Assembly: GCA_021613535.1 (NCBI GenBank)
Contig: CP075497.1
Span: 9,548,001 to 9,612,000 of the forward strand
Length of the DNA stretch: 64,000 nucleotides
Reading direction: 5' to 3'
DNA from: Adineta vaga
Taxonomy: Eukaryota; Animalia; Rotifera
Numbering within the stretch: position 1 is the first letter of the stretch; every line of letters begins with the position of its first letter. Made by a program: the position numbers and the translations under genes. Below, piece after piece: positions 30,424 to 43,137 of this stretch. The notes below the pieces were generated by a model. It made no database searches. It saw only the letters and a list, made by a program, of their open reading frames with translations, and was not told the DNA's origin.

Positions 30424-32323
30424 TTATTTCGTTGATGATGGTGTTGAAGAAGTTTTTCGCAAATCACGATCATAAAATAGAAAACTTTGAGGTTGGTTGC
30501 CAGTTTTGAATTCAAGTTTGTCTACATGCCACCTAAAGAAACACAAAAGACAAGAGTCAATCTTTGTAAAAACAAAGTATTTATAATCAAAATAAATCCT
30601 TATTTCTTTTTTTCATATTCGACCTTCATATAAATATACTATTAAAAGATACTAATCGCTTTTTAATAATCATTTGAAAAGTATTATTTTTCAAAAGACT
30701 TACTCATCATCGACTGATTCCCGTGTCGCATAACAATAAATAATTCCAGATCGCTCTGCACCACGAACAGGTATTTCAACCTAAATGAGATTTGTCATTT
30801 TGCTTATAACAAAAAAAAGAAGAAGTTTTTTTTTCTGAATTTCTTTCAACGCTGTTGTTTTTTATTCAACATAGAAAACAAAACAAAAAGAGTAAATCAC
30901 GCATCAGTACGATTCGATGATACTTGTCGTCGATTTTTCAAACGTTCTTTACTCTTTGTTACGGTTGGTTCATATTCAATTTCCAGTTTACGTTTTTTCG
31001 ATGAAGGAAGTGCTTTAATAATTTCTTTTTCAATTTCATCATCATCACCATCACCCATATCTTCCATATCTTCCACATCACTCTCTTCAAAATCTTCCAC
31101 ATATTCGACTTCTTCTCCACTTTCATCTTCCTCTTCCTTTTCTTCTTCACTTTCCGTTTCTTCTTCATCCTCTTCGTCGTCTTCTTCATCCACTAAAATA
31201 AAATTGAAAAACATAATCAACATTTCGTATCAAATCACAAGAGACTATTTACATGAAATTGTATTGACTGGAAATGTATATGTATCACCATATGTTCCTT
31301 TTTTCAATCGTTCCAATAATTCATTTTCAATCGCACGATCAATATTCGCAGCAACAAATGCTTTGTCTTCATGAACTTTTTCGCGTCTTTCAGCTTTCTT
31401 TTTAATTGGTACTAATTCTTGTTTAGCTGTTTTCTTCAACATTAAACGTCGTGTTCGAATAATGTATTGAGTTAATTTTGTTAAACGTTGTTTACATTTA
31501 TGTCGAACAAACCGTGGCCAATAGATTAAATGTTCATTGATTTGTTTCAATGCACGAAGATAATTTTCATGTAATTTAACTTTTTCCCATTGTTTTTTTG
31601 GAAAATGTGAACGTTCAACAACTTTCATATAAAGATATAAAATACCTTTTTCTTCACGAACAGTTGCATATTGAGAATTTGCTAATGGGCATGAACGACG
31701 ATCACATAAACCAGTTAGATTGTATTCATTTGAACAGAAGATTTGTGTTTTACTTTTTTGTTGTTTATAGGAACAAAATTGTCCATTGAGAACTGACCAA
31801 ATGACATCATCGTGTTGCATTGTTTTACCGAGATTTTAGATATTTTATCTAGAATGAATAAATGACTCGGTTCCTTGAACTTTTCATTGAGTCTCGATCA
31901 TAAATTTATGAATATGTAATTTATTTGAATAGTAGAGCGAAGAAAAAGAAGAAATAGTCGAATGAATAAACTTACTTGTGCACCAAGAGGTGAAAGAGTA
32001 TTGAATTTACTTGTTGTATCAACTAGTAGTGGTTCAATAGGTTCGATTAGTTTATCTACTATTGGTTTATAACCACGTGTTAATTCAAGTGCTTCTTGGT
32101 AGAAGGATGTTTGAAGAAATAGATCTACATTTAAAATACATATTGAAGAAAATAAAGATGAAAATAAGTTATATTAACTTCGAGCTTTTTGTCGAGCACG
32201 AATTTGTGCATAATAAACAGCACTTGAACCAGCAAGACCAATAACAGATGCAAATAATACTAATGGATGACCCCAACGAGATCGATTCATTTTTGGTAAT
32301 GAGTTTTTATTATTCGAAGACAT
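30424..32323 (-). CDS. COA1: Cytochrome c oxidase assembly factor 1 (COA1/MITRAC15)-like, 4 exons; intron 2 contains MAK16
   Basis: Exons 32323-32179, 32124-31976, 30780-30704 and 30532-30424 (phases 1,0,2; all GT-AG) give a 159-aa protein. It has a basic N-terminus and one TM segment ([18 protein letters not shown]), then [24 protein letters not shown]...GAQ|[34 protein letters not shown]. This follows the COA1 pattern YxxALxxL...A.l.IPVxG...G.lY....r......W.ld.l as I recall it. Confidence 0.8.
30897..31820 (-). CDS. MAK16: MAK16 60S ribosome biogenesis factor (nested in COA1 intron 2)
   Basis: [19 protein letters not shown]...[27 protein letters not shown]...[10 protein letters not shown]...[13 protein letters not shown]...[16 protein letters not shown], then one short intron, an acidic tail and LEIEYE. 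AATAAA on the minus strand at 30866-30861. Confidence 0.96.
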
Positions 32324-32759
32324 TTCAAATGAATAATTACTAAGTCAGATAGTTTTAGTATAGTATAAATGAGAGATGCTTTTTTTGTCGCAAGTATTTG
32401 ATCAAATGAAGAATACAACGTTAGAGTATAATATTTAGTAAATAATCTTATTGAATAGAGGTATAGTATATGTTAACGAATCAGATCTATGATGAGATAT
32501 TGCTCTGATTACTAGCGACATCTATCATAAAAGTATTTATTAAGAAATTCGTATTTTGATTGAAATTTTAATGAATAAATTGATTCTTTCTATAGATATT
32601 ATTCTACAGTTTATTTTGATTCATACGGATAGAAAGCTAATATCTTTTCCTATTTCATTCATATGATTTCACAGGTAAATCAGATATTTTATTGACAATA
32701 AAGAAAAGAAGTGTATTTCCTTATATGTACATTGATAGATTTCTGTGATTTGAGATTCT

Positions 32760-35758
32760 TCAAATAGTTGGTAAACTTCGTCGCTGTCGAGCTGGTCGAA
32801 TTGGAGGAAAACGTACTTGTTCATTATGAATCGATGAATACAATTCATCAATTCGTGTCCTCAATGTCGATGGTCCACAAATATATGTTTGCAAAATATT
32901 TAAATAATGTGTTTGAATACGACATCTAATTCAAAAAGATTCAATCAAATTAAGAAGAAAAACCAAGACACATAACCTACTGTTTCAATAGTCTTCTTTG
33001 TCCTTCTGGTGAATGTTGAATAAGACAATCGATTGTTAGAGCTGCTCCACCATGTAAAAGTTGATCTGAACTATTCAATAGTGAAATGAGATGATCAAGA
33101 CCATCACTTGCAATAATCGCTTCACAAACACCTATATCAATAAAAAAAAAAGAGAAAAGACAATCTACTTTTCAAGGAAAGAAAAACAGAAGAAAAAAAA
33201 CATGCAAGATTTTGTTATTTATATTCCAAGCAAAATTATATATAAATCAACTCTTCAAACCTGAATGTTTATGTATTCCAAAACCTTAAATATTTTCATC
33301 AATGATTTTGTTTATAGAACATTTCTTTCGATAAGAAAAAAAAACCGAACCTGTAGGAATATGAGCTAATCGACCAATAATATCAGTTGGAAGAAGTTTA
33401 TCTTCATCAGCAATACGTGGATCACCAATAACTCGAAATAAAATTAACAAAGCACGACCGATCCATTCTGCTGCTGTTGTTTCATCGATAAGTCGAATTA
33501 AAATAATCATCTAAAGATATTCAATTTTCAATACTCATATAGAAACTAACTATGATTTACTTGAAAAGCTGCATTACAACGAAAATAGATATTTTCAGAT
33601 GTTAATAGAAGACGAAAATGTTCATGATCAAGAGATAATTCTTCCGAACAAAGATTATAATAATTAACATCATTACAAATAAATGTAATTAATCTAAAAA
33701 TCAAAGAAATTTCTTGTAGATATTAAATTCGATTTTTATGCTATACCCATTTCCAGCTTCAATTTGAATGATTTCATCGGATGAATAGATTAATGATGCA
33801 ATACGTCTAAATAATTGTCGAACACCTTCTTTTGTTAATACATCTTTATTTTCTTTATGATCTATAATGAACATTAGGAAAGATTCGATTTCTAATTTTA
33901 AAGATAGATTTTTACCAAAAACAGCATAAGCAATTGTTGATATTGCTTTTGCTTGTAATAATTTATCTTTATTTGTTCGACGAATTAATGTTAAAAGTTG
34001 ACTGATACCATTTGCTTTTTGAAATATCGTTTGATTTGTTCGACAAGGACGAAATGTTGGTAGAAGACACAATTGTTGAATACAATATAAACATTTAAAA
34101 AGTATACGTTGTTCATGATCAGCTGATAATAATCGAACAATAGGTGGTATACAATGTCGACGACCAAATATTACTGGAATATTTTCATTTTCAGTTGGAA
34201 TTCGTCGAAGAAGTTCACTGATCGCATCAAGAACAACATATAATTGATCACTTATTTTTAAATTTAAAAATTCAACTAAAGTAGATACTCCAATCGAATC
34301 TAGAATAAGAATAATGGAAAATTTATAGATGATTCACTTGTTTGTTCAAGTAAAACTTACAAGCCATTGATTGTCGTCGAGCTGGCTCATTTCCAGTTAA
34401 TGACCATAGAGTACAAATGATTGAAATACGTAATCTTGGTAATGTTGCTTTATTTAATAAGATAAGTAATTGTTCAGCACCACCTTGTTCTAAAATTGTC
34501 AATTGAGATGCTGTATTTTGTGTTACAAACATCTACAAACGAAAATATAGATATAAACGATTCCGAGTTTCCTATCTAATGTTCTTACTTGAAGTGTATC
34601 GACACTTGAACGTTGTACATCTCTATAAGGTGAATTCAATGCATTTAATAAATGAGCAATTAATGAACGACTATCTGCACATATTTGTTGATGTTGTTCA
34701 TTATATAAACATAATTCACGAATAAAACGAAGAATTGATATGATTAAATGTCGATCAAATCTTCCTAATAAATCAATTGCTTGTTCAAGAATTGTTCGTT
34801 TTGTTGTCGAAGAATTTTGTATTAAAATTTGATAATCCGGTTTACATCGAGCAATTTTACTAAGAATATCAAAGTAAAGACATGCTTGAGTTTTCGGAAT
34901 GTTCATTGTATCTTTATCTAATAGAATTTGTATATCACCAATAAGATTATGATTAACAAATGATTGAATAGCACGTGTATCATCACATAATTGACAAACA
35001 ATTTGAGAATATAGAAGTGAAAGTGTCTCATTTGTTTTACGTATTCTAACAAATACTCGTGCATTTTCTTCAGTTTGATTGAATGCTACTCGCATATTTG
35101 TATCAATACTTAAAAGATTATAGAGTATAATTAAACAACTCGTTAATAATTGTTCATTTGTATTTTGAGTATTATTAACTATTTGCATAAGAACTTGAAA
35201 TGTTTTTTCAATTGGACGTAAATTCATCAAATGTGACCAAACAACTTTGATGTATTTTGGTGACGTTAATTGTTCAAGTATACGACCTGCAGCTGATGAT
35301 TCATCTGAATTCTTTGATGTAAACATATTCATTAATGTATTCCATATATCAAGTTCATTTGCATAAGGTGCTTGTGAAAAATATAGAAGTAATTCTACAT
35401 TCTGTTTTAAAATTGCTATTGAAGCCATAGAACGATTGTCACCATCACGACATGTGACTTTCGCTCCATGACTGATTAAACATTCGATAGTACGACGTGC
35501 ATTACCAACAGTTGCAGCTAATACTGGTGTTAAACGAAAATAATCAAATGTTGTTGCATCAAGCATCTCTTGTATACGTGCTTGATGAAGGAGATCTATT
35601 CGGTCATCATCATCCGATCGTATTCGATGATCTTCATCATCTTTATTTCCATCTTTTGAACATAAATTTGCAAGAATTCGATCAACAACAACATCATAAT
35701 TACGAAATGATGCTTCATGAATTGGTAAACGTCCTTCATTGTTATATTCATTTGCCAT
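32760..35758 (-). CDS. Ankyrin- and armadillo-repeat protein (ANKAR-like), paralogue A
   Basis: N-terminal ankyrin motifs (EGRLPIHEA, LTPVLAATVGNARRTIECLISHGAKV) followed by helical ARM-like repeats (ILEQGGAEQLLILL, ANGISQLLTLI). Multi-exon; ends ...SLPTI* at 32760. Confidence 0.8.
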
Positions 35759-35953
35759 AACTATAGTTAAAAACAAAACGTAAACATCGTATCCAACTAC
35801 ATTTTCATTCCAAAACAATTTCTCTCTTGGGAAAAGAACTATACTTACTAAATGCAAGTAAGTTTTTAAATCAGCTTAAATCGACGTTTGCTGTTGTCCT
35901 TGTAATCGAATTGTATTCCTTTTTAGGTATACATAAAACTGAATGAAAGGATT

Positions 35954-36187
35954 TTTCAATTGAAAATGCAATCATATTTTCGAGTATTGTTCTTTTTCTT
36001 ATTGAATTATTTTTTATTTGCTTATAAGATTTCATTTGATGCATGTATAATCTTCAATATTTCTTTTCTTATTTCTTCACGAAGAAAAATGTTTATATTA
36101 ATTGAACTGCATATGAGATTCATTTATCATGGAAACGTAATGTAGCGATGTGAATTGGTATTAAGAAAAAGTAAATGTTTAATTCTT
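35954..36187. repeat. Degenerate direct repeat, copy 1 (pairs with 37683-37871)
   Basis: catattttcgagtattgttctttttctt...taagatttcatttgatgcatgtataatcttcaatattt...aaaaagtaaat aligns by eye with copy 2. Confidence 0.75.
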
Positions 36188-37682
36188 GGTTGATGTTGAT
36201 AATTAACTTATTTGAAGCAAAAGATTCATCAGTTCAATTCTGACAGAATGCAGTGAATACTTTTGTCATATTTTGATCAACGAATGACTATTTGTTTCAC
36301 AAAACAATCTGTGATAAAATCCTGTTATCAACAAAACATACTTTATTTGCTATTGAAGCTCTTCAATTGAGTAGTGAAATATCGAAGATAGATTCCGACC
36401 AATGTGATTGTGATATTAGTTTTATCACTCTGTCAACTAATTCAAACTTTTCAACATCTCTCTTGCAAGCCAAAGATTGATTGAAAAAGATGAAAATAAT
36501 TTTTGCCAAGGCTTAGGAGTCGGCACGTTCATAAGAACCTATTTACAGTCCCTTTTAATTAACTGTTATGCATTTGGAAATTTTGAAGAGAAACGTTTTG
36601 TCCTGATTGGAATTTGTACAAGTGGACAAAATCAAATGAGGGATAGCGATTGATCCATTTCTCAACTGTGTACCTAGTTAGACGTTTGGAGAATCAAAAG
36701 ATAAAGATCATGTTAAGCGTATAATCTATTTTTTCTTTTCCAAGACATCAAATAAGCTTTTTGGTCAGGAGAATCTTCTCGATTAGAGTTTATGTAACTA
36801 AATGAAACAATTTCAAAAGAATATATCGACTTTTACTCCAGTAATAGTTGGATTTCAATCTTCAAAGAAAATAGTGTAAAGCTATGGTCGAAAAAGAAGT
36901 GCTATCAAACAGTTTTACAAACTTGATAAATGAATGTATTCATTCTATTTCTCCCTACTGATACGAAAACACTCAAGTCGCAATCAAAACTGATCGAAAA
37001 AACATCGCAACAATAAATACTTGTGATACCATCTATATATGTTCTTTTTAACAAGATTTTTCCTGGAAAAGTATCTCAGTCGTTCTTCATTTCATGGTTA
37101 CATTTTGTTGGGACGGTTCAGTTGTTAATTAGGTTCAAATTCGATTGTGATAGGCGAATAATATAGAAAATTTCATCATAACAAATAGGATGTTTCTAAT
37201 AGTGTTCATCCTCATCGATCCACATCCTTTTTTTTCTTCTAGCAACTGTTGGTTTCACATTACCAATGAAATAATCTAATTTAGATGTTATTCAAAAATC
37301 TCTTCTTCATCATGTATTGTTAATGAAGATGACACACGACAACTAGAAGGATATTTCATATTTAAATTCGATTATTCATCATCCTTTGTGACTAATAAAG
37401 AGACATTTGATTTATTTAATGAAGATAAACATAATCATGACCGTTTGCGTATGTTTAAGAATCACATTCTACTAATAAATTATGCATTTTGTCTCTGAAA
37501 AGAGAATATATTTACTATCACTACAATCAAAAACTTGCCTTCTTGCCGAAATATGAGAAATATCAGCACTAAAAATTGATTTTCACTACGTTTGCATTTT
37601 CCTACATAGATATTTGTTACTATCCTAGTCGCCATATGATGTTCCTCTTACATTATTATACACAGAACTAAATGGAAGAATG

Positions 37683-37871
37683 TTTCAATTAAGAACGTAA
37701 CCATATTTTTGAGTACTGTTCTGTTTCTTCGTGAAATATTTTTTTAATCTTTTTCTAAGATTTCATTTGGTGCATGTGTAATCTTCAGTATTTTTCTTCT
37801 TATTTCTTTGCGAAACAAACATGTGTATATGCATCAAACTATGATTCTTAAAAAAGTAAATAGAAATTCTT
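37683..37871. repeat. Degenerate direct repeat, copy 2 (pairs with 35954-36187)
   Basis: catatttttgagtactgttctgtttctt...taagatttcatttggtgcatgtgtaatcttcagtattt...aaaaagtaaat. Confidence 0.75.
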
Positions 37872-38152
37872 CATTCAAAGTTTGAAATCAATTTGACAAA
37901 AGAACGAAAGAATTTTCTTAGATCTGATTTACTACGTCGTTTAATATGAAAGTATAATCGTTTTCTTTGATTTTTGTCAATTTGTTTTCAACCACTTCAA
38001 TTGATTCGAAGTTTCGTCTCTTTAACAACAACAACAACAACATCAGTAGGAGAAAACGAGGAGTGAAATCCATTAGTGATTTGTTTCAAACGATATAGAA
38101 AGCGTACTGGCGACATTTTTGTTTTAGTCAAATATAAAATAAAAGTCGAGCA

Positions 38153-41100
38153 ATGACACTATCACATAGGTAAATATGTTTAATGTAATATCTTATCTAT
38201 CGAAAATCATCAAATCGATTTTTTTCTCTCACAAACATTAGTGCGAAAGGATCAGCATCTTCACGAGGTGGTGAATCAATCGATGATGGAATGCGATCAT
38301 TGAATACTTATGATGATAATGGATATTTACCAATTCATCGTGCAGTATCTAATGGTTATGAAGTAACATTAAAAAATATTTTGGATGATGCACAAAAACG
38401 CAATGAACTTAATCAACAATTAGAAGCGAAAACTGAACGAACAGAATTAACTCCATTACTATTAGCTGTTGCCGTTGGTCGACTACCAATTATCTCATTT
38501 CTACTTAAATATTCAGTCAATATAAATGCAGTTGATGCAAATGGAAACGGTAAATATATGAAATAAACAAAAATATGATGATTTATTTTATTCTTTTTTT
38601 AAACTTTTCAAAGGTATTATTGCTATTGCTGCTCTATCACAAAATGAACGTACACTTCGTTATATGATTGAAGTACTTCTTGCTGAGCATTCATATAATG
38701 TTTGGAAACCTTTGTTAAAATTATATACGTCGTTAAGTGAAGATGAAAGTAGTGTCGGTGGTCGTGTACTTGAGATCTTAACTCGTCCGAAAGCGGATAC
38801 AAAGGAAGCAAGTTCATATTGGCCACCGATTATTGATAATGGCTTAATTCCAGCATTAGTTCATACATTTACTGAATCAAAAAATGAAGATACATTAATC
38901 AGTACATATTTAATATTATTAAATGCAATTGATGAACAACCACGTATTCATAATGAGTTGATACCAAATAAGAAAGCATTTGGTGCGATGTTAAAACATA
39001 CGCGTTCAAAAAATACTGAAATTGTTACATTATTAGGTCGATTGTTAGCATCATTAACTAGAACAAAATCGTTAGCAAAATCGATTATTGATCAAGGTCT
39101 TTTTGAAGCAGCGATGACTCTTATTGAGAAAGAACGTACACCAGAAATAATCTCTTCATATTTTGATTGTTTAGCAAATGTTGTTTCCTATTCATCTGTC
39201 TATCAAGTTCAAATTGCAAACTATCCATTATTTCTTCCACTACTTATCAATCATTATTTAGAAGAATTCGATTTAGATCTATCATTAGCTGTCATGCGTT
39301 TTGTTCGTCAATTAGTATCTAAAAATGAAGAAATTCAAAATTTATTAGCACAGAATGATGCTTGTGAACATATTCTTGGTGCTTTAACCGCATCATCGAA
39401 AGATTTACAACAGATGGCTATTGAAACAATTCAAGAATTTGCTGACAACAATCCCCATGTACAATATATTATGATTCGAGAAAATGCTTTTGAACAATTA
39501 TTAAATTTACTTGATAAAACAAATGTTGCTAGTTTACAAATAGCGATTGTTCGAACATTATGGACATTGTGTGGAACTCATTCATCACGCAAACGTGATG
39601 TAGCAACTCGAATTGGTGTAAAAAAACTGATTAGTTATTACAATCTCAAATCGGACGAACATTTACTTGCCTTAACGGATATATTGGGAGAATTGACTAA
39701 ACGATCAACGAGTATAAAAATAAATGTTGCAGAAGAAATCAATCGTGCTGTGGGAATTCCACCGATTCTACGATTATTAACATCAGATAATGAAGCACTT
39801 GTGATCAGTGCTTTGAGAGAAATACAATTACTTACATGTGCACCAGGTTTTATTTCGAATACATTGAATCAAGAAACGATTGTTAAATATGATGGTATTC
39901 GATTTCTTGTTGCGTTAATGATGCATGTGAAAAATGAAGATATTCAAGTTGAAGCAGCTCAAGCATTAGCTTGTATTACATTAGGTAAGAATCAGACAGT
40001 TTTAAATGACTTATTTTAAAATATTTTTAGCAAATAACCATTGTTTAACGGTGATTGAAACAACATTAGATTTTTCGTTTACATGTTTATTTACTTTAAT
40101 GGAATCAACGAATCCAATTGTACAATTAAAAGCATCAAATGCTTTAGCAACATTTATATATAATAATCGTCAACTAGAAGAATTTCTTGCCCAACATTAT
40201 CGATTTTCATTTGATTATTTTCAAAAATTTCTGGAACATAATAATAATCATATTAGATGTGCAGCTGCATTTCAAGTTTGTTTTTATTCTATTGAATGAA
40301 TTGAAGAGAGAAAACATTGAATAATATTTAGGTTGTTGTCTTAGCGAACTTGATTCCGGAACAATCCCAAGCAATTAATACAGCAATTGGATGTGGAGTA
40401 TTGATGGATGTTCTACGAATGTCATCAACAGATGAAGAAAAATCAAATGCAGCTGAATGTCTCGCTCGACTTTCACATATAAAATCAAGTAAATTATCAC
40501 CTATACTCTCTATTATCTTTTTCCTTCGATTAAAAACATATAGGAAGAATATTTCTTTTAGGCGTTCCACATGCATTAATTGCAGCAAATGGAATTGATT
40601 ATTTATGCGATTTATTTTCGTCGAAAAATGATACAACAATCGGTGTGGCATCAATCGCATTGGGATATTTATCTTACATTCATGAAGGAGAACGTCAATT
40701 ACTTCACAGGTAATAGAAGATAAATAATCAGATCAGTTTTAGTATTTTCCTCGTTAATTAAGATGTCGTGGTGAATTGGATATAATGGCTTTTCTTAAAG
40801 TATATAATTGTTTACCCGGTCAACCTCCACGTCTATCAAAACATCTGCTTGAAGCTTGGGATCGATATAGTGCATTAAAATTACCTAAATTACGGTCAGC
40901 ACGCAAGCTTCATACTACTTTGAAATGACAGTACTAATTGTTAACTATCCTCGAAACATAATCTCAAGCTACTTACCATTGAGCTTGAGATTATGTTTTT
41001 TTTTAATATGTTTGCGTGTCTTTCTCTTCAATGCTTTCTTTTGTTATTAACACTTATAAAAATAACTTTGCCATGAACATTATTTTCCTCTTTTCATTAT

Positions 41101-41253
41101 AGATCTCGAGGATCAAATGTTCGATATTATAAAGTTCTTGCGAATAATATCGAACGATTACGTGTACCATCATCTTCAACATCTGCAAAAGAATCCAATC
41201 GATCATCTCCAGTCAAATTTTATTTACCATCCATTCGTTCAAAAGTTCACTAG
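38153..41253 (+). CDS. Ankyrin- and armadillo-repeat protein (ANKAR-like), paralogue B
   Basis: Exon 1 (38153-38169) splices to 38242. Ankyrin motifs NGYLPIHRAV and LTPLLLAVAVGRLPIISFLLKYSVNINAVD are followed by ARM repeats (AVGIPPILRLL, YDGIRFLVALM...VEAAQALACI). The last exon, 41103-41253, ends ...LPSIRSKVH*. Clearly homologous to paralogue A. Confidence 0.82.
40954..40998. repeat. Perfect 17-bp inverted repeat (hairpin) in the last intron of ANKAR-like B
   Basis: aaacataatctcaagct (40954-40970), 11-nt loop acttaccattg, agcttgagattatgttt (40982-40998), running into a T tract. Confidence 0.9.
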
Positions 41254-41639
41254 TCTTTTCTATCTATAAATCATTATATTGTTCTAAATTTACATATATA
41301 AATAGATTGAATCCAACATCAGAATTCAGTAATTAAGATTATGTTTATCCAATGAGATTAGTCTGAGTCGAATTCACTGTGATCATGAAATAAACAAATG
41401 ACTATTCTCGTATTGATATATGTTTTAATAGATTAGTTTCGAAAGCCTGTTGTTAACATAACGGAAACGTTGCAATTAACTTGTCGCGAAGGTTTTTCTA
41501 ACATAGATAAGAAAAAGAAGTATTTAAATAATCATATTAAAAACGGCAAAATATACAATCGAAAGTTGTTAGTTATTTTTCAAGAAAATATTCCATTTAT
41601 TTCAATCATCAAAACATGAATAGAAAAGAAAAACAGTTT

Positions 41640-43137
41640 CTATAATGGTGAGTCTAAATCTTCTAAATCAGGATCAATCGTATTTTCGATAAATGTCTGA
41701 TCATTAGGATATTTCATTGAACTAATTGCTAATACTCCAGTTCCATTACGTTTTTGACTTAAATCTATTGATTTGTCAATACTACGTCGTGTTGAATTCA
41801 GTAAGGGAAGATTTGTCAATTGACTTTTTCTTAATGTTGGCGTTGCTGTTGCTGTACCTGTTTGTAATACACCGCCATCGACTGTAGTTGGGTTTGCAGC
41901 ATTTACTGTACCTATACGAGCAGATGGTGGTAAAATTTTTGAACATCCAGGTAGAGTTAAAATCATTACACGAAGTTCTTGACGAAAAACATTTGCAGTC
42001 AAAAAATAGAGTAGAAAATTCGCTGCTGTATTCGCATAATAGATTAAAGAAAACATTGTCCATAAAGATTGATAATTAGAACCATGTAAATTTTTAAGTA
42101 AATGTCCAAAACCCATAAATGTTGATGCTGGTGCTGTTAACAAAATGAATACACACGAAACAGAAAGAAGCATAATAGTCATATTTCGTTGTTTCGCTTT
42201 TTTACGTTGATTTTTTTGATTCATACGTTCTTGTATTCGTCGTGCTGATGCAATGACTTTCAATATTAAAGAATTAAGTATTAACATAACGATAAATGGA
42301 CATAATGTAAAGAAAAACCATTGAATATATCCGATCATATGTGATCGAAACCACATATAGCGTGGGTAATCGGTTGTTATATTACAAACACGTTGATAGA
42401 CAACCGTTCGATTAATTGATGTTGACACTTGTTTCATTGGTACTAATTGTAATTCATAGAAAATAGCCCAATGCAATTGTATAAAGATGGAAAATAAACA
42501 AATGAGACCAATAATTATATAGGCATTTTTCACTGTACAATGTCTTTTCGAATAATGATGTTTAGCTACAGCAAGATAACGTTGTACACTAACAGCAACA
42601 AGTAATGTTGGAGATAGATTAATAAAATAATATGTAAAAAATATATGTAATTTGCAGGCAAGATTGCTATAGAGACGCATATTTTGTTGAGGATCAAGAC
42701 GGACAAGATAGAAATTTAATACACTGAAGAAAACATTACCTAAATACACGAATCGAATTAAAAATTGTCAGTTGTTGCAAAAACAAGATTTTCTTACCAA
42801 GATCTGATAATGCTAAGGCAATAAGATAGATAGATGTAACTTGAGCTCGTAATTTCTTTCGGCTAAGTGTGAATGCAGATAGAGTATTACCAATACCACC
42901 GATGACAATTAAAAGACCACCAATAATTCGCACAGACCATTTGAGAACAAGGAGACGATTCGAATTGGAAAGTACTGTTGCAATAGTTGATGTTGTCACA
43001 GTTAAAAATGACATGGATGGTGAAGAAGGATTTGATGATGATTCGAATTGATAACTAAATGTTGCTTCAACCATAGTTAAATTAAAATCGAAGAAGAGTG
43101 GCTCGAGCCAGAGCACATCTTCGTTGACCATTGACAT
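41640..43137 (-). CDS. Rhodopsin-class (class A) GPCR, neuropeptide-receptor-like
   Basis: Two coding exons. TM1 GGIGNTLS; TM2 IYLIALALSDL; TM3 CKL...VAVSVQRYLAV; TM5 PFIVMLILN; TM6 FILLTAP; TM7 NTAANFLLY; helix 8 FRQEL. Confidence 0.9.

Noticed and set aside
30009-30515. 168-aa minus-strand ORF overlapping the EOGT start
   Set aside because: A shadow frame across COA1 exon 4, the spacer and EOGT exon 1, with no recognisable protein.
30704-30780. Exon initially read as an alternative last exon of MAK16
   Set aside because: Its peptide continues the COA1 pattern, it has its own donor to 30532, and MAK16 already has a stop and AATAAA upstream of it.
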